Origin: Stegostoma tigrinum
Lineage: Eukaryota
Direction of reading: 5' to 3'
NCBI RefSeq assembly: GCF_030684315.1
Contig: NC_081379.1
Location: forward strand, 13,091,667-13,155,666
Length of the DNA stretch: 64,000 nucleotides
Shown here: positions 12,301 through 27,300 of the stretch, in pieces
Numbering within the stretch: the first letter of the stretch is position 1
Layout of the letters: each line of letters starts with the position of its first letter
Notes under the pieces: model-generated
What the model saw: the letters and a program-made list of their open reading frames with translations, nothing else
Database searches by the model: none
Told to the model about the DNA's origin: nothing
Position numbers and translations under genes: made by a program

Positions 12301-15300
12301 GCTGATGTCGAGCTGAAGAGCAGTAGGAGACCCCTGTGTTCATTTCATGTATGATTTATTCAAGTAAACAAATCTGACCAAAAGTGAAAGTATAAGGTAC
12401 AGTGCTCTGGAACAGAACAGCTTTACAGATTTTCCCTTCTGGCTTAATTAAAAATAATTGTATTCCATTTTAGTGTCTTCACATTTTATCTGTCCATCTT
12501 CCCCACAGTACCCTTCTTTAAGTTATAATTGGTGGTAACATGAAGGAGTCATCACCTTACAACTTAGATTTGGCTATACCTATTCAATAGAAATAAAACA
12601 AGGGCTTGAAGGATCAATATGACAGGCATTTCCATGAACTCTTTTTCATCTGACAGCATGAAGTTGCCATATTTGTAAAGGTTCCTTCATAGCTATCAAT
12701 AGCACAAGCTGTAAATAAGTGTCAAGCTGTAAACAAGTTGTATTTGCAAATTGTGGAACTGACCATATTTGAGGCCTCTTTGCAAGATTTGGTAGCTGTG
12801 ATCACAGAATGCCATTCATAGAACATAGAACATAGAAAAGTACAGAACAGTACAGGCCCTTCAGCCCACGATGTTGTGCCGTGGAATAATCCTAATCCAA
12901 AAATAAAATAACCTAACCTACATTCCCCTCAATTCACTGTTGTCCATGTGCATGTCCAGCAGTCGCTTAAATGTCACTAATGACTCCGCTTTCACGGCTA
13001 CCACTAGTAAACTATTCCATGCGCTCACAACTCTCTGGGTGAAGAACCTCCCTCTGACGTCTCCTCTATACCTTCCTCCTAACACCTTAAAACTATGACA
13101 CCTTGTGGCAGTCATGAAGACTATGGCCAATTTTGTCATATGTTGCCAGGTATGGGGGCAGGGGATGGTGGTGGTGAGGGGCATCCTTTAAAGGGTGAAT
13201 CTTTTATAACTCACCTTACTGCAGAGAATTCCAGCTCCTTCTGACTCAGATTAAATCTGAGTGCCATTGCTGCTAACTCTAAGCTCCTCCTCAGGATTGC
13301 CAAGCCATCTTTGTGAATTAGCCATACCCCAGGCTGACAAATCTTTCTGAAACCCAGGGCCATCAACCTGCCTTTGAGTCTGAAACTGGCATGTGGAGCT
13401 CACTAGTAATAAACCACTGAAACCAGCAGACCAATTTCCTGCAGTCCTGGCACCAGCCTTATTAAATTGTGCCAAGTTGGATTTTGATCCAATTTCAATT
13501 TGACTGCCTCAGAGAGATTAATTTTCATGGTAGCCATTTATCCAGACAGCTTCAGTGACTCAGTCTTCTGAGCTACATGTTGAATGAGCTCCATGGTTCA
13601 TCATTCTGAATAAATTGTCCTGGTCAATTCCCTGATCAACAGATATAATTTAGGCAAAAGTATTTAAACAAAACTAATTGATTTTTTTGAGTGATTAGGC
13701 TTGGATAAATCCCTCAGTAATAGTAATTATGGTGACAATGCACTGTCTGTATTTCAAGAGATTGAGTGATTCATGATTTAATAGTAGGTTTTAATAGTGA
13801 TATGGTCTATTTAAAAATGGACTCAGTGACTCCCTCTGGATAGAGGTCATAATGGTGAGACTCCCTTTTCCAGGGACTGATGTTGAGATCTGTGTGAATT
13901 CTTAATATGATGTGCTGTTGAATATATTCCCTTTTTAGGAGACAGATCAGATTTTAAGGCAGTTGATTCTTTGGTTGATTACTTCTTTCCAGTGTGGTGA
14001 AGTTCCGTCGCACCGGTGAAAGTACAAGGTCAGAAGATGACACCTGTTCTGGAGAGCTCGAGATTGAGATAGAAGGAGTGCGGTCTGAGCTAGAACCAGT
14101 TGAGCTGGATGATGCAGGCACTGTCCCCAAAGATTTTGCAAACCCTACAGATGGTAGAGTATATATTCTGATTATAAAAGGCTTATGTTATCTTAAAATG
14201 TGTGCAATATATAGAATGGAATGATGTGCAACATCACATACAATGAAAAATAATGTATTGCTTGAACATGGCATTGAAACTAGTCGGTGCTGATGATAAT
14301 GGAATTGTCTGTAACAGACCATCTGCACAAAAGATTCATAGCCGCAATTTCGAACCTGTATTAATTTGGCTGACCTCAGTCAATATAGATATGTCATTCA
14401 CAAATTATCTCCACTCCATTGAGAAGGATGACCAAAAGCAAATGGAGTGCTTACTCCTGGTCACTGTCTAGTAAATAAGTAGGTGCTGTTTAAGACAATG
14501 ATAGAAGCCTGGGGAGATATTTAGGCTCAAGAATGAAGGATAAAATTTTGATGAGGTACAATAGGAAAAAATATCCCTGCACTTACATAGCAATTTCCAC
14601 TACATCCTAAATTACTTATAGTTAATGCATTACATTTGAGTGTAGTCATAGTGGTAACACTGTAAGTCATTCTCCCCAAATGGTACAGCAATAATGATGG
14701 AGTAATAATTATCCCCTGGAATTAGAACATAGAACATTACAGCACAGTACAGGCCCTTCGGCCCTCGATGTTGTGCCGACCTGTCATACCGATCTCAAGC
14801 CCATCTAACCTACATTATTCCATGTACGTCCATATGCTTATCCAGTGACGACTTAAATGTACCTAAAGTTGGCGAATCTACTACCGTTGCAGGCAAAGAA
14901 TCACACCTCCTGATTGAAAATGAAGGATACTTTTCCCTGAACCAATTCTGATTGTTACACCAAGTAGTGTTGCTGTATCCCAACAAAGACAGCACTTCAG
15001 GATTAGATAAGACTGACAGGAATAGAATTAACCATTCCAAGGAAGGTGAGATAAAAGCGTACTTAAAATTACTATTAAAATTCCCTTACTACTCTCTGAG
15101 TAAAGAAACCACCTCTGACATCTGTCCTATATCTTTCACCCCTCAATTTAAAGCTATGCCCCCTCATGCTCGCCGTCCCCATCCTAGGAAAAAGGCTCTC
15201 CCTATCCACCCTATCTAAACCTCTGATTATTTTATATGTTTCAATTAAGTCACCTCTCAACCTTCTTCTCTCCAATGAAAACAGCCTCAAGTCCCTCAGC

Positions 15301-18300
15301 CTTTCCTCGTAAGACCTTCCCTCCATACCAGGCAACATCCTAGTAAATCTCCTCTGCACCCTTTCCAAAGCTTCCACATCCTTCTTATAATGCGGTGACC
15401 AGAACTGTACGCAATACTCCAAGTGTGGCCGGACCAGAGTTTTGTACAGCCGCAGCATAACCTCATGGTTCCAGAACTCGATCCCTCTATTAATAAAAGC
15501 TAAAACACTGTATGCGTTCTTAACAACCCTGTCAACCTGGGTGGCAACTTTCAAGGATCTGTGTACATGGACATCGAGATCTCTCTGCTCATCTACACTA
15601 CTAAGAATCTTACCATTAGCCCTGTACTTTGCCTTCCGGTTACTCCTACCAAAATGCATCACCTCACACTCGTCTGCATTAAACTCCATTCAAGAGAGAA
15701 ATTCCCTTTCTTCTTTGAAAAATGCCATGGGATCTTTCACAATCTACTTGCGAGGCCATACATTCCATCCAAAGGTGCGGCAATTCACTGGAGAGTCAGT
15801 CGAGACTTTTGTGATCCAATCTCTAGAGTCAGTCTTGAACTCACACCTCCTGATTGAAAATGAAGGATACTTTTCCCTGAACCAATTCTGATTGTTACAC
15901 CAAGTAGTGTTGCTGTATCCCAACAAAGACAGCACTTCAGGATTAGATAAGACTGACAGGAATAGAATTAACCATTCCAAGGAAGGTGAGATAAAAGCGT
16001 ACTTAAAATTAAATACGTAAAAAGAGTCAAGAGATTTGAAAAAAGATTGCTCAGTTTTCAACATTCTGTGTATTTTTCAGATGTGTTCATGGTGGAGGAT
16101 GCTGTGGAGGCCATTGGATTTGGGAAGTTTCAATGGAAACTCTCAGTCCTTACTGGACTGGCATGGGTAAGGTCCTGTTCACTCAACCAATTCTTTTTCC
16201 CTAAAGCCTCAGCTGTTTAGCCCATTGAGAAGTAAAAATTAGAGAATGGTGGTAGTCATTGCAAAATCATAATGCAGACACAGGAAATGAAACAAATTTG
16301 AAGGCTGGGTGTGAGTTTGCTTGCTGAGCTGGAAGGTATGTTTTCAGACGTTTCGTCACCATTCTAGGTAACATCATCAGTGAGCCTCCGACGAAGCGCT
16401 GGTGTTACGTCCCGCTTTCTGTTTATCTGGTTAGGTTTCCTTGGGTTGGTGATGTCATTTCTTGTGTTGATGATGTCAGTTCCTGTTCTTTTTCTCAGGG
16501 GATGGTAGATTGGCTCCAAATCAATGTGTTTGTTGATGGAGTTCCGGTTGGAATGCCATGCTTCTAGGAATTCTCGTGCGTGTCTCTGTTTGGCTTGTCC
16601 TAGGATGGATGTGTTGTCCCAATCAAAGTGGTGTCCTTCCTCATCTGTATGTAAGGATACGAGTGATAGTGGGTCATGTCGTTTTGCGGCTAGTTGATGT
16701 TCATGTATCCTGGTAGCTAGCTTTCTGCCAGTTTGTCCAATGTAGTGTTTGTCACAGTTCTTGCAAGGTATTTTGTAGATGACGTTTGTTTTGTTTGTTG
16801 TCTGTATAGGGTCTTTTAAGTTCATTAGCTGCTGTTTTAGTGTGTTGGTGGGTTTGTGGGCTACCCTGATGCCAAGAGGTCCGAGTAGTCAGGCAGTCAT
16901 TTCGGAAATGTCTTTGATGTAGGGGAGAGTGTTATGGTTTCTGAGTCGGTTTTGTCTGTTTGTTTGGGTTTATTGCTGAGGAATCAGCAGACTGTGTTCA
17001 TAGGGGAACATAACACCAGCGCTTCATCGGAGGCTCACTGGTGATGTTACCTAGAATGGTGACGAAACGTCTGAAAACTAACCTTCCAGCTCAGTGAGCA
17101 AACTCACATCCAGAACCTCAACCTGAGCTACAAACCTTCTCAAAACTTGCTAAATTTGAAGGCTGTATAAAAGTAAAGAGTCTTAAAATTTGAATTAGTT
17201 AAACTAAATGATAACATGTCAGCCAGCACCTTTAAAAAACATTTAAGATGAATACCATTTAAAAATAAGGAGAGAGATGAACAAATTGTTCCAAAGTAGT
17301 TGAGCTATCAGAATGTCTGGTCAGAAAGGTAATTAACCAAGACAATGAGATATAAGATTAGACAATAAGATTGTAACATGTAAGAGCAGAAATTGGCCAC
17401 TTGACCCTTTGCTTTTGTGCTGCTGTTCAATGAGATCATGACTGACCTGATAATCGTCAATGTCACTGTTTTATTCTAAATGTGCACAATATTCAGAGCA
17501 AAATAAATGAATTAATTACATAAACAGTGGTTAATGGGTATGGTCTTATAGCCATTCTAGAGACATGATCACAAGGACATCAAAGCTAGGAACTATATAT
17601 TCAAGGGTATGTGAGTTTTGAACTTGCAGGCAAGAAGGAAAAACTAGTCAGGTAGCTTCATTAATAGAATAAGTGTAATGGTAATAATTAATCCAGGATC
17701 AGATGATCTATGATTTCTGGTGCAGGTAAGAAATAGTAAACAAAATTTATTGATAATCCTCAACTCCACTTTCCCACCTTTTCCCTATAACCCTTGTCTG
17801 TCGATTTTAGACTTGAACCTGCTTAATGACTCAACCTCTAGTGTAGTGAAGGAATCCGTAAATTCACTACAATCTGAGAGAAAACGTCCTCCACATTACT
17901 GTCATAACTGGGTGACATCTTTCTCTGAGATTATGTCATCTGGTCCTAAACTCTCCTGCAAAAGGGCAATACTTCAGTATTCCCTGATTTCCAAATTCCC
18001 TAATATTCTTATCAGCTTTGCTGGCCTCATAGCTGACATAGCTTGTGCTGACCAAAGTACATGCCCCAATTGGCATGTTGTCATTGACCACCATGTGTGT
18101 AACACCAGAGTAGCTGTGCACTTGTGCAGCCGCATAGCTGAGAGGGAATGTTGCTCCATATCTACACTGTCAAGGCTCCCAACAATCTTGTAGGTTTAGG
18201 TAAGGTCATCTAGTGTTCTGCTAATCTCCAATGAAAACTGAGCCAACCTGCTCAATTTCCCCTCATAAAACAATCTCTCTATATGCCGGATCACCCTCGT

Positions 18301-21300
18301 CAACTTTCTCTGTACTGCCTCCAAATATAGTAAATCTTTCCTTAGATAAGAGAACCAAAACTGTTCATAGTATTTCAGCTTAACCTGTTGATTATTTAGC
18401 GTCCTCTACTATGAGGATTGATGCAAATTATTTCTTAAACTTCCCTGCCATTTCCTGGCACCCCATTATTATTTCCCCAGCCTCATCCTCTAAGGGTCCT
18501 ATGCTCACTTCAGCATCTGTCTTTTTTTTATAAATCTAAAGGAGCTCTTACTATCCATTTGTAAATTACTTGTTAGCTTACCCTCATAGTTCATTTTCCC
18601 CTTGTTTTTTTTTGTTTGCGGGCTTCTAACATTTTCCCAGTCTTCTGGTTTATCACTAATTGTTTGCCACAATTGTTTACTTTATCTTTCATTTTATTCA
18701 TATCCCTAAGTTCCTTAGTTAATCAGGATTGATTTATCCTTGTTTTAGAATCATACTTCCTCACTGGAATATATCTTTGCTATGGGTCATGAACTGTTTT
18801 CTCAAATGTCTGCCATTGTTCCTCAACCATTGCTAAATTCCTTTCCCAATCCACTGTTGCCAACTGTGCCCACATCCCTATGTAATTACCATTACTTAAG
18901 TTTAGTACAAGTGTTTCTGACATATGTAACTCATGCTCAAACTGAGATTGAAATTCTACTATGGTATGGTCGGGGTTCCCTAGGGGACATTTTACGTTGA
19001 GATAATTTATTAAACCTGCCTCATTACAGATTACCGATCCAAATAGCCTGATTCCTGGTTACATCCTCAACATCATGTTCTGGGAAACTGTCCTGAATAC
19101 ACGCTTTGAAATTCTCCTTCTTCTACCTCTGTCAACTTGATTTACCAAATCTACATGAAGATTAATCTACTGCCTTTTTAAATGCTCTTATTATCTCCTG
19201 ATATATTCCCTCTCCTACAGAATAACTATAGGTAGGAGACCTATAGACCACTCCCACCCCTTACTGTTTCTTACCTGCACCAGAGATTATAGATCATCTG
19301 ATCCTGGATTAGTTATTACCTTTGCACTTATTCTATTAATGAAGTTACCTGACTAGTTTTTCCTTCTTGCCTGAAAGTTCAAAACTCACATACCCCTGAA
19401 TGTATAGTTCCTAGCTTTGATCTCCTTGTTTGTGTAATTAATTAACTTACTTTGCTCTGAAGATTGTGCACATTTGGTAAAGGCTATTAATTTTTCTTTG
19501 TTTCTTACCATTTCTCCCCTTTGACGTTATTTGCCCTTATTTCCTTATCGCTTTCACATGGTGCTCTTTCTTGTCCCACACTAGTTAGCATTTTCAAAAT
19601 AATTGCCCTGCAATACCCTCTTGTCCTTTCATTTGGCAAGGCCCCTTCTGAATCCACCCTTGAATACTTTAAATCCTTTTTATAGCCTGAACTAATTGAT
19701 TCACCAGAACATTGGTCCCAGCACAGTTCAAGAGAAGCCCATTGCACTGACAGCTCCCTTCTACCTCAGGACTGGTGCCAATGCCCCAGTTGATAATTCT
19801 GTATTCATTTTCTAATTGAACATTTTTTTGTAGATGGCCGATGCCATGGAGATGATGATCCTCAGCATTCTTGCACCTCAGCTACACTGTGAGTGGAGAT
19901 TGCAGAGCTGGCAGGTTGCCCTCATATCCTCGGTATGAACACATCATTTGATTTGAATGAGTTGGTACACTCATTAGTCACTGAACATATGCTATTAAAT
20001 TGTACTGAGGTTTCATTTTGAACCTTTTTTCTCTCACCGTCAATCATCTGCCCTATTCTTTTCTGCTTTAGGTAGTGTTCATAGGAATGATGTCCAGCTC
20101 ATCGCTATGGGGAAATATATCCGACCAGTATGGTAGGAAGACAGTGAGTATCAATCACGCCTGACTTTCTGTTTTCTTCTCTCATGTTCTGAAAGTGTTA
20201 ACTCCGACTCTGGTATCTCAACTGAATGACTATTCTTCATGCCTGCACTTATACGGTGAATATTTGATTGCAAATTAGGAATGCGAGATCATAGATCAAC
20301 CCCATCCACCAAAATCCATCTTTCAGCAAGGTTCATCAGACAACACTAAATTTTCACTAACTAAGCGAGATTACGATAATATACAGTTTACCAACACCAC
20401 CTTGAGTGAGATAACTAACTCCATAAACTGCACGAGTTCAGCCTACAGAGTCAACTCCATCATTTAACAAAATCATGGCTGATCTGACAATCCTCAACTC
20501 CACTTTCCTGCTTTTTCCCCATTATCCTTGATCTCCTTATGGATCAAACAGCTGTCTGTCTCAGCCTTGAATATACCTAGTAATCCAGCCTTATCAGCTC
20601 ACTGTGTTAAAACAATTGCATGAATTCAATCTGAGAGAAGATATTTCTCTTCAACTCTGCCTTAATTGTGTGACCATTTACTCTGAAATTACACCCTCTG
20701 GTCCTAGACTGTTCCATGAAGGGAAATAACATCTCCACATGTATTCTGTCCAGCCCCCCTGAGAATCTGATATGTTTCAATAAGTTCTCATCTCATTCTT
20801 CTAAACTCCAATGACTACAAACTCAATTTTTAAAACTTCACTTCATAACAAAATTCTTCTATATCTGGAATCAATCTCGTGAACATTTCCTGCCTCCTAG
20901 GCTAATATGTCTTTCCTTAAGAAAGGGAACAAAACTGATCACAATATTCTATGTGTAGTTCAGCTAGAGTTTTAACCAGACTCCTCTATTTTCATACTCC
21001 ATTACTTTTGAAATAAATGCCAGCACTCCATCTGTCTTTCTTAATACCTGATGAACTTCGTTGCCAGTTTGTTTGTGATTTATGCATCAGGATCCCCATG
21101 TGCATAATTTATGCATTTCATTTGCTTGAAAACATTTTGGGACCTCCTGAAGTAATTAAAGATATTGCATAAATAGAGCCTCTGTAGTGGGTAGCCCTCC
21201 TCCTGACTCCCTCTTCACTATCTATAGGGCACAGGGCGAAAATACAATGGATACTCCCCGTTTACTTGGCTGTGACAATATTCGGGGCATTTGATTTATC

Positions 21301-24300
21301 CAGTAAAACACAGGATGGAATTCCATCCATCACTGAGGGGAGGTGGTGACCTTGTGGTATTATCGCTAAACTGTTAATCCAGACACCCAGATAATGTTCT
21401 GGGGACCCGGGTTTGAATCCCACCATGGCAGATGGTGGAATGTGAATTCAACAAATATCTGGAATTAAGAGTCTTATGATGACCATGAAACCATTGTCAA
21501 TTGTTAGGGGAGGGGGGAAGCCTCATCTGACTCACTTATGTCAAAGAACAACAAAGAGAACAAAGAAAATTACAGCACAGGAACAGGCCCTTCGGCCCGC
21601 CAAGCCTGTGCCGATCGAGATCCTCTGTCTAAACCTGTCATCTATTTTCTAAGGGTCTGTATCCCTTTGCTCCCTCCCCATCCATATACCTGTCCAGTTA
21701 CATCTTAAAAGACACTATCGTGTCTGCGTCTCCCACTTCCGCTGGCAACACGTTCCAGGCACCCACCACCCTCTGCGTAAAGAACTTTCCACACATATCT
21801 CCCTTAAACTTTCCTCCTCTCACTTTGAACTCATGACCCCAAGTAATTGAGCCCCCCACTCTGGGAAAAAGCTCCTTGCTATCCACCTTGTCTATACCCC
21901 TCATGATTTTATAGACCTCAATCAAGTCCCCCCTCAATCTCAGTCTTTCTAATGAAAGTAATCCTACCCAACCTTTCTTCATAGCTAGTGCCCTCCATAC
22001 CAGGCAACATCCTGGTGAACCTCCTCTGCACCCTCTCCAAAGCATGCACATCCTTTTGTTAATGTGGCAACCAGAACTGTACGCAGTACTCTTAATGTGG
22101 CCGAACCAAAGTCTTATACAACTGTAACGTGACTGCCAACTCTTGTACTCAATACCCCGTCCGATGAAGGAAAGCATGCCGTACGCCTTCTTGACCACTC
22201 TATTGACCTGTGTTGCCACCTTCGGGGAACAATGGAACTGAACACCCAGATCTCTCTGTACATCAATTTTCCCCAGGAGTTTTCCATTTACTGTATAGTT
22301 TGCTCATGAATTAGATCTTCCAAAATGCATCACTTCTTGAACTCCATCTGCCATTTATCTGCCCAACTCTCCAATCTATCTATGTTCTGCTGTAATCTCT
22401 GACAGTCCCCGTCACTATCTGCTACTCCACCAATGTTTGTGTCACCTGCAAACTTGCTAATCATATCCCTCTGTTCTTTAGCTTTCTGCAGTCTCTCTTC
22501 ATTTAAATAATATTCACCTCTTCAATTGTTCTTGCCAAAGTGCATAATCTCACATTTTCTCACATTACATTACATCTGTCAAGTTTATATCCATTCACTT
22601 AACCTGTCTGTATCCCTCTGTAGATTCCTTGTGTCATCTACACGATATGCCTTCCCACCTATTTTTGGGTGCTCTGCAAACTTGGTGTAGTGCATTCACT
22701 TTTGCCATTCAAGTCATTTATGTATCTATAAAATAGTAAATAATTGTGGCCCCAGCCCTGATTCCTGTGCCACTCCATTAGTTACCAGTGTTACGGCTAA
22801 TTCTCTGGTCACTGCTAGAGTCTAGTATTTACCACCTATATTTCTATGTGTTGAATCCAGGGTCTGAAAGTTAGTGTACTCTGGACATTGTACTATGGAG
22901 TACTGAGTGCCTTTTCACCAATCTACAGCTGGATCCTCGTACTTAGAGGCTTAGTGGGCTTTGGGATTGGAGGTGTTCCACAATCGTGAGTACATCACAT
23001 ACGATTATTGTAACTTCTTCATTCTAAATGAATCAATAGTCAAATCTTTCCGGTCTTTGTTGCTCATGCAGGGTAACACTATATGCAGAATTCCTTCCAA
23101 TGAAGTCGAGAGCAAAGTGTATTTTACTAATAGAGGTGAGTGGGATATGATCACTGTCTTGAAATGAATATTATCACCTATTATCTGTGCGATGAATAGT
23201 GAAATTTTCTTGATTGATCACACCGTTACTTGATTAGTGAAGTGTACTGATTAAACTGAGGGATTTCCCGGCTGGGAAAATTCGACTTAACATTGGGCCT
23301 CAGTGACAAGTGCTTCAAGGCCAGGTTCAGCAAAATTTAGACTCAGGGAAATGTTGTATCCTCTATGTTCCATCAATCTCTCCATAATCAAGCAATACAA
23401 GCTATATCTATGGAATATAGCTTCATTTATATAGCCCTTTCAAGCTTTCCCAAAGTCTTGTGTGCATTGAAGAAGAAGTAAAGATTATCTTTATACAATC
23501 CTTCCATAGGTAAAATGCAAATTAAAGCTCCCCCTTCAGTTAACTGAAGCTAAATAATAACCTCCTGAGATGCATAAAGAAAATGTGCCTTTTTAATAAA
23601 TGCCTCCAGTGTATGCTCTGCTGTGTGTTCTGAGTTCCAGTATATAATCCAGTAAACATCACCACAGCCACTGCTCCCCAACTCCTTGCCACCTCTGGGC
23701 TCCACAGTAACACAGGACAAAGGTATCTAAGGACTTAAAAGGAATTGAAAAATCAGTCTATCAATAATTAATTTGAGTCTCTTGGTTTTCTCAACATCTG
23801 TGATTCATGCTCAACTGTAGCTGTCTTCACTTTCAGGTATTCTGGGCCTTTGGAACAGTATTCGAGGTGTTGCTGGCAGTGATGGTGATGCCTACGCTGG
23901 GCTGGCGCTGGTTACTCATTCTTTCTGCAGTGCCTCTTATGATTTTCGCCATTTTGTGTTTTGTAGGTACCTTCTATGAAAGTAAAACTTGAAACAGAAA
24001 ATGTTGGAAATGCATGAACCTACTGCAAGAGGATATAGAAAAGTCACTACATTCAGTTTACATTATGTGTAAAGTCCAGGACATTATAAGTCTTCACATA
24101 GTGATAACAAGGTGTAGAGCTGGATGAACACAGCAGGCCAAGCAGTATGAGAGCAGCAGGAAAGCTGACATTTTGGGCCTAGACTGTTCATCAGGCAATA
24201 AGTCTGCTGTTAGGAGGAAGTTGAATGGATGCATGAAAAAAGACAAAATCTAAAGATGGTGATGGAAGGTATATGTTACATGGGCATTTTGGCAGGTCCT

Positions 24301-27300
24301 TTGCCTATGTTTTGGTTAATGATGGCAAGCTTTGAGGATAGCAAATGAGGGCTGGAGGGGAAGGAAGAAAATATAGTGGGGAGAATGACTTTCACCTCAC
24401 ACAATGAGGGGACAATGAGGGGGCAGTAGATCACAGGATAACTAAAAGACATCCTTTTTCAATCTTCTGTTACCTCATTGAACTGGTGTCAAAAATTCTC
24501 AGTCTGGCAATCTGAGTCTAATCATTGACAAAGGAAATGCTCTTACAGCAGATTCAAATCTCTGAACATTATAGAGTATCATCGAACATGGAGCATAGAA
24601 TATAGAATGGTACAACAAGGAACAGGTCCATGATGTTGTGCTGAACATGACACTAAATCAAACTACTCCCTTCTGCCTGCCCATGGTCCATATCCCCCCA
24701 TTCCTCGGTTATTCATGTGCTTATCTGAAAGCCCCTTAAAATGACCTTATCATGTCTACCTCCACCACTACCCCGGGTAGTGTGTTCCAGGCTCCTACCA
24801 ATTTCTGTGTAAAAAACTTTCCCCTTACATCTCCTTGCAACTTTCCCCCCTTTCACCTTAAATGCATGTACTCTGGTATTTGACATTTCAACCTTGGGAA
24901 AAAGATTCTGACTGTCAACCCTATTTACGCCTCTCATAATTTTACAAACTTCCATCAGGTCTCCTCTCAGCCTCTGCCACTCCAAAGAAAACAACCCTGG
25001 TTTGTCCAGCCTTTCCTTATAGCTCATACCCTTCTAAACCAGGCAGTATCCTGGTAAACCTCTTCTGCACCCTCTCCAAAGCCTCCACATCCTTCCTGTA
25101 ATGTGGCAACCAGAATTGAATGCAATACTCTAAGTGCGGCCAAACCAAAGTTTTATAAAGCTGCAACATCAATTCCTGACACTTGTACTCAGTGCCCAAA
25201 CCAATAAAGGCAAGCATGCCATACGCCTTCTTTACCACCCTACCTACTCATGTGGCCACTTTCAGGGAGCTCTGGGCTAGGACCCCAAGATCCCTCTGTA
25301 CATCACTGCTGTTATGTGTCCTGCCATTAACTGTATACAGTTCCTTAACATTTCATCTCCCAAAGTGCAGCACCTCACACTTACACAGGTTAAACCCCAG
25401 CTGCCATTTCTCCACCCATATCTATATTTTGCTGTATTCTTTGATAACCTTCTATGCTATCCACAACTCCCCCGATTTTGTGTCATCTGCAAATTTACTA
25501 ACCCTCACATCTATGTTTCCATTTAAGTCATTTACATAAATCACAAACAGCAGAGGTCCCAGTACGTATCCTTGCAGAACACCACTACCCATGGACCTCC
25601 ACAAGTACCATCTGTCCTCTATGGGTAAGCCAATTCCAAATCCAAATGGCCAAGTCACTATGGATCCCATACTTCTTAATCTTCTTGATGAGTGTACCAT
25701 GAAGGAACTTGTTAGAAGCCTTACTAAAATCTATGTAAAAAAACATCCACTGTTCTACCCTCATCGATCACCCTCATCACCTCCTCAAAAAAAATCACTC
25801 AAGTTAATAACAACATGATCCGCCCCAAATTCATATTGACTGTCCCTAATTAGGCCATGCTTTTCCAAATATGTGTAAATCCTATCCTTAAGACTTCTCT
25901 TCAATAGCCTCCCAACCACATATGTGAGACTCACCAGCCTATAATTTCCTGGATTATCTCTACTTCCCTTCTTGAACATAGGAACAATATTAGCTACTCA
26001 CCAGTCTTCGGGACCTCTTGAGGGGCCCCAGTCTCCGCATCGTAGATTCTTTATAAAAACTATTGAACAGCCTGGAAAATATCTGGATGTATTAAAATTC
26101 TGTGCAGAGAAGTTATCAGGAAAGGACTTAATCAACTAGGCTTCTGTAATACTGGGAAACTGGATTGCAGGTTACATTTATAAACTCGCCTGATGAGAAA
26201 GCTGGGAAGGTTTAACCAACCTTAACCCCATCATTGTTGTGTGTTAAAGTTAATGCTATCATTAGTGCTATCATGCTCTATTTCTCATTTCTAGTGGCTT
26301 CCAGAAAGTGCACGTTACGATGTATTATCTGGGAACCAAGAAAAAGCGATTGCCACATTAAAACGCATTGCTACAGAAAATGGAGCACCAATGCCACTTG
26401 GAAAATTGATAGTTGCCAGACAGGTAAGGGATGGCAGTTACTTTTTATTAAAATATTACTTCTGTTAATACAGAACATGATTTTTGTACAGCAGATTGTG
26501 TATTAAACATTATATTAAACAAGAATATCTTTTTAGATCTCAACCCCACCCCTCGCATTACTTTCTTCAATCCATTCTCCCTTCAGATCTGTATCCTATT
26601 GCTTTTCAAATCATTTAACCAGTTTCCAAAGCCTTTGTTTATAACTTTTTCCTTGTGTGACTTAAGGGAAGGGGATGTTTGGAGCCCTTTTCTCGTTGCC
26701 TCACATATCTTGGTTGTGTGCAACAGGAGGTATATTTTAAAGGGGATATTTTGAAATCTTTTTGGCATTCTGACTTTGGTAATAGAAATGAAGCAAGATT
26801 TCAGGTCAGAAGGACAATTAGGGATTATTCACCCAACACCATTGTAGGAGCATTTATCCCGAATGGGGGCAAAGACCTGGGAGACAGGCAAGTGGAAGAT
26901 GTTTATACAGCAGAAACCAGTTTATACAGGTGGTTTATACAGTGGTCCATCAATGTGTTGTGTTACCCTTCAGTTTCTTGCCAGGTGGGTTTCATAGCTT
27001 GGTCATTATAGGGCACTTACTTCTCTGGGGGACCAGGTAAATGAATGAATGAATGAAAAAGCCAAGAACCAATTTATCTGCAACACTGTGTGTACTATCT
27101 GGAAATCAGTTTGGAACCAGAAAAGGCAGCCAATTTATAATGATTTTGCCAGTCTGCTGTCTTAGCCTGGAACTTAAACAGAAGTTGCTGGAAAAGCTGA
27201 GCAGGTTTGGCAGCGCCTGTGAAGAAAAAAATCAGGGTTAACGTTTCAAGTCTGGTGACCCTTCCTCAGAGAAGCTTTCCCAACGTTAACCCTGATTTTT

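Noticed and set aside
14810-16064. Two ORFs sharing the peptide [45 protein letters not shown]
   Set aside because: Explained by the 171-bp DNA duplication; there is no evidence of coding function.
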